Assembly (NCBI GenBank): GCA_015067675.1
Contig: SVMB01000001.1
Coordinates: 65,757 to 129,756 of the forward strand
Length of the DNA stretch: 64,000 bases
Reading direction: 5' to 3'
From: Oscillospiraceae bacterium
GTDB lineage: Bacteria > Bacillota > Clostridia > Oscillospirales > QAMX01
Shown here: piece by piece, positions 63,987 through 64,000 of the stretch
How positions within the stretch are numbered: position 1 is the first letter of the stretch
Layout: each line of letters opens with the position of its first letter
The notes under the pieces: model-generated
Told to the model about the DNA's origin: nothing
What the model saw: the letters and a program-made list of their open reading frames with translations, nothing else
The model's database searches: none
Program-made: the position numbers and the translations under genes

Positions 63987-64000
63987 CTTCATTCAAAATA

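Noticed and set aside
1-64000. Mobile elements, prophage, defence systems (restriction-modification, CRISPR-Cas, toxin-antitoxin, abortive infection), tRNA or rRNA genes.
   Set aside because: I found no integrase, transposase or recombinase, no terminal inverted repeats flanking blocks, no nuclease/ATPase/methylase gene combinations, and no cloverleaf-like or rRNA-like sequences while reading both strands.

Overview
This is a gene-dense, roughly 58-60% GC chromosomal segment from an endospore-forming Firmicute. By inference it is a high-GC Clostridia/Oscillospiraceae-type gut anaerobe. I support about 60 protein-coding genes and found no rRNA, tRNA, CRISPR array, transposase, integrase or prophage genes.

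Housekeeping and sporulation blocks:
- spoIIGA-sigE-sigG on the minus strand.
- rlmA, upp, an RluA-family pseudouridine synthase and potABCD.
- recJ-relA-dtd, an MBL-fold hydrolase, a HemZ-like radical SAM enzyme and a uridine-kinase-like protein.
- A block syntenic with B. subtilis yabM-yabR: SpoVB-like flippase, mazG, S4 protein, yabP, yabQ, divIC-like, S1 protein.

Accessory-looking blocks:
- 1-8.9 kb: peptidases, a glycosidase-like protein, GH31 and an AraC regulator.
- 20-31.6 kb: a hydrolase island with four tandem cytoplasmic beta-lactamase-fold serine hydrolase paralogs, a NagA-like amidohydrolase, an esterase, a mannitol-dehydrogenase-family oxidoreductase and an AAC(3)-like acetyltransferase.
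- 31.7-39.4 kb: regulator/sensor modules (XRE plus membrane proteins, BlaI/BlaR1-like, PadR plus DUF2812-like).
- 39.5-42.1 kb and 58.2-62.2 kb: two modules that pair a Gfo/Idh/MocA oxidoreductase with xylose-isomerase-like TIM-barrel proteins.

Most unusual signals:
1. An intercistronic array of five triloop hairpins separated by a conserved GTGAAAT linker (61311-61441).
2. The four-gene serine hydrolase array, with exact-identity tracts between copies.
3. An orphan ~105-nt minus-strand transcription unit with a C-rich single-stranded core (56172-56276).
4. A small protein with a tail carrying four Cys-Cys-Cys triplets.
5. A perfect 13-bp hairpin burying the Shine-Dalgarno sequence (SD) of the AAC(3)-like gene.

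All functional calls rest on my own recognition of motifs in the translated ORFs. No database search was run.
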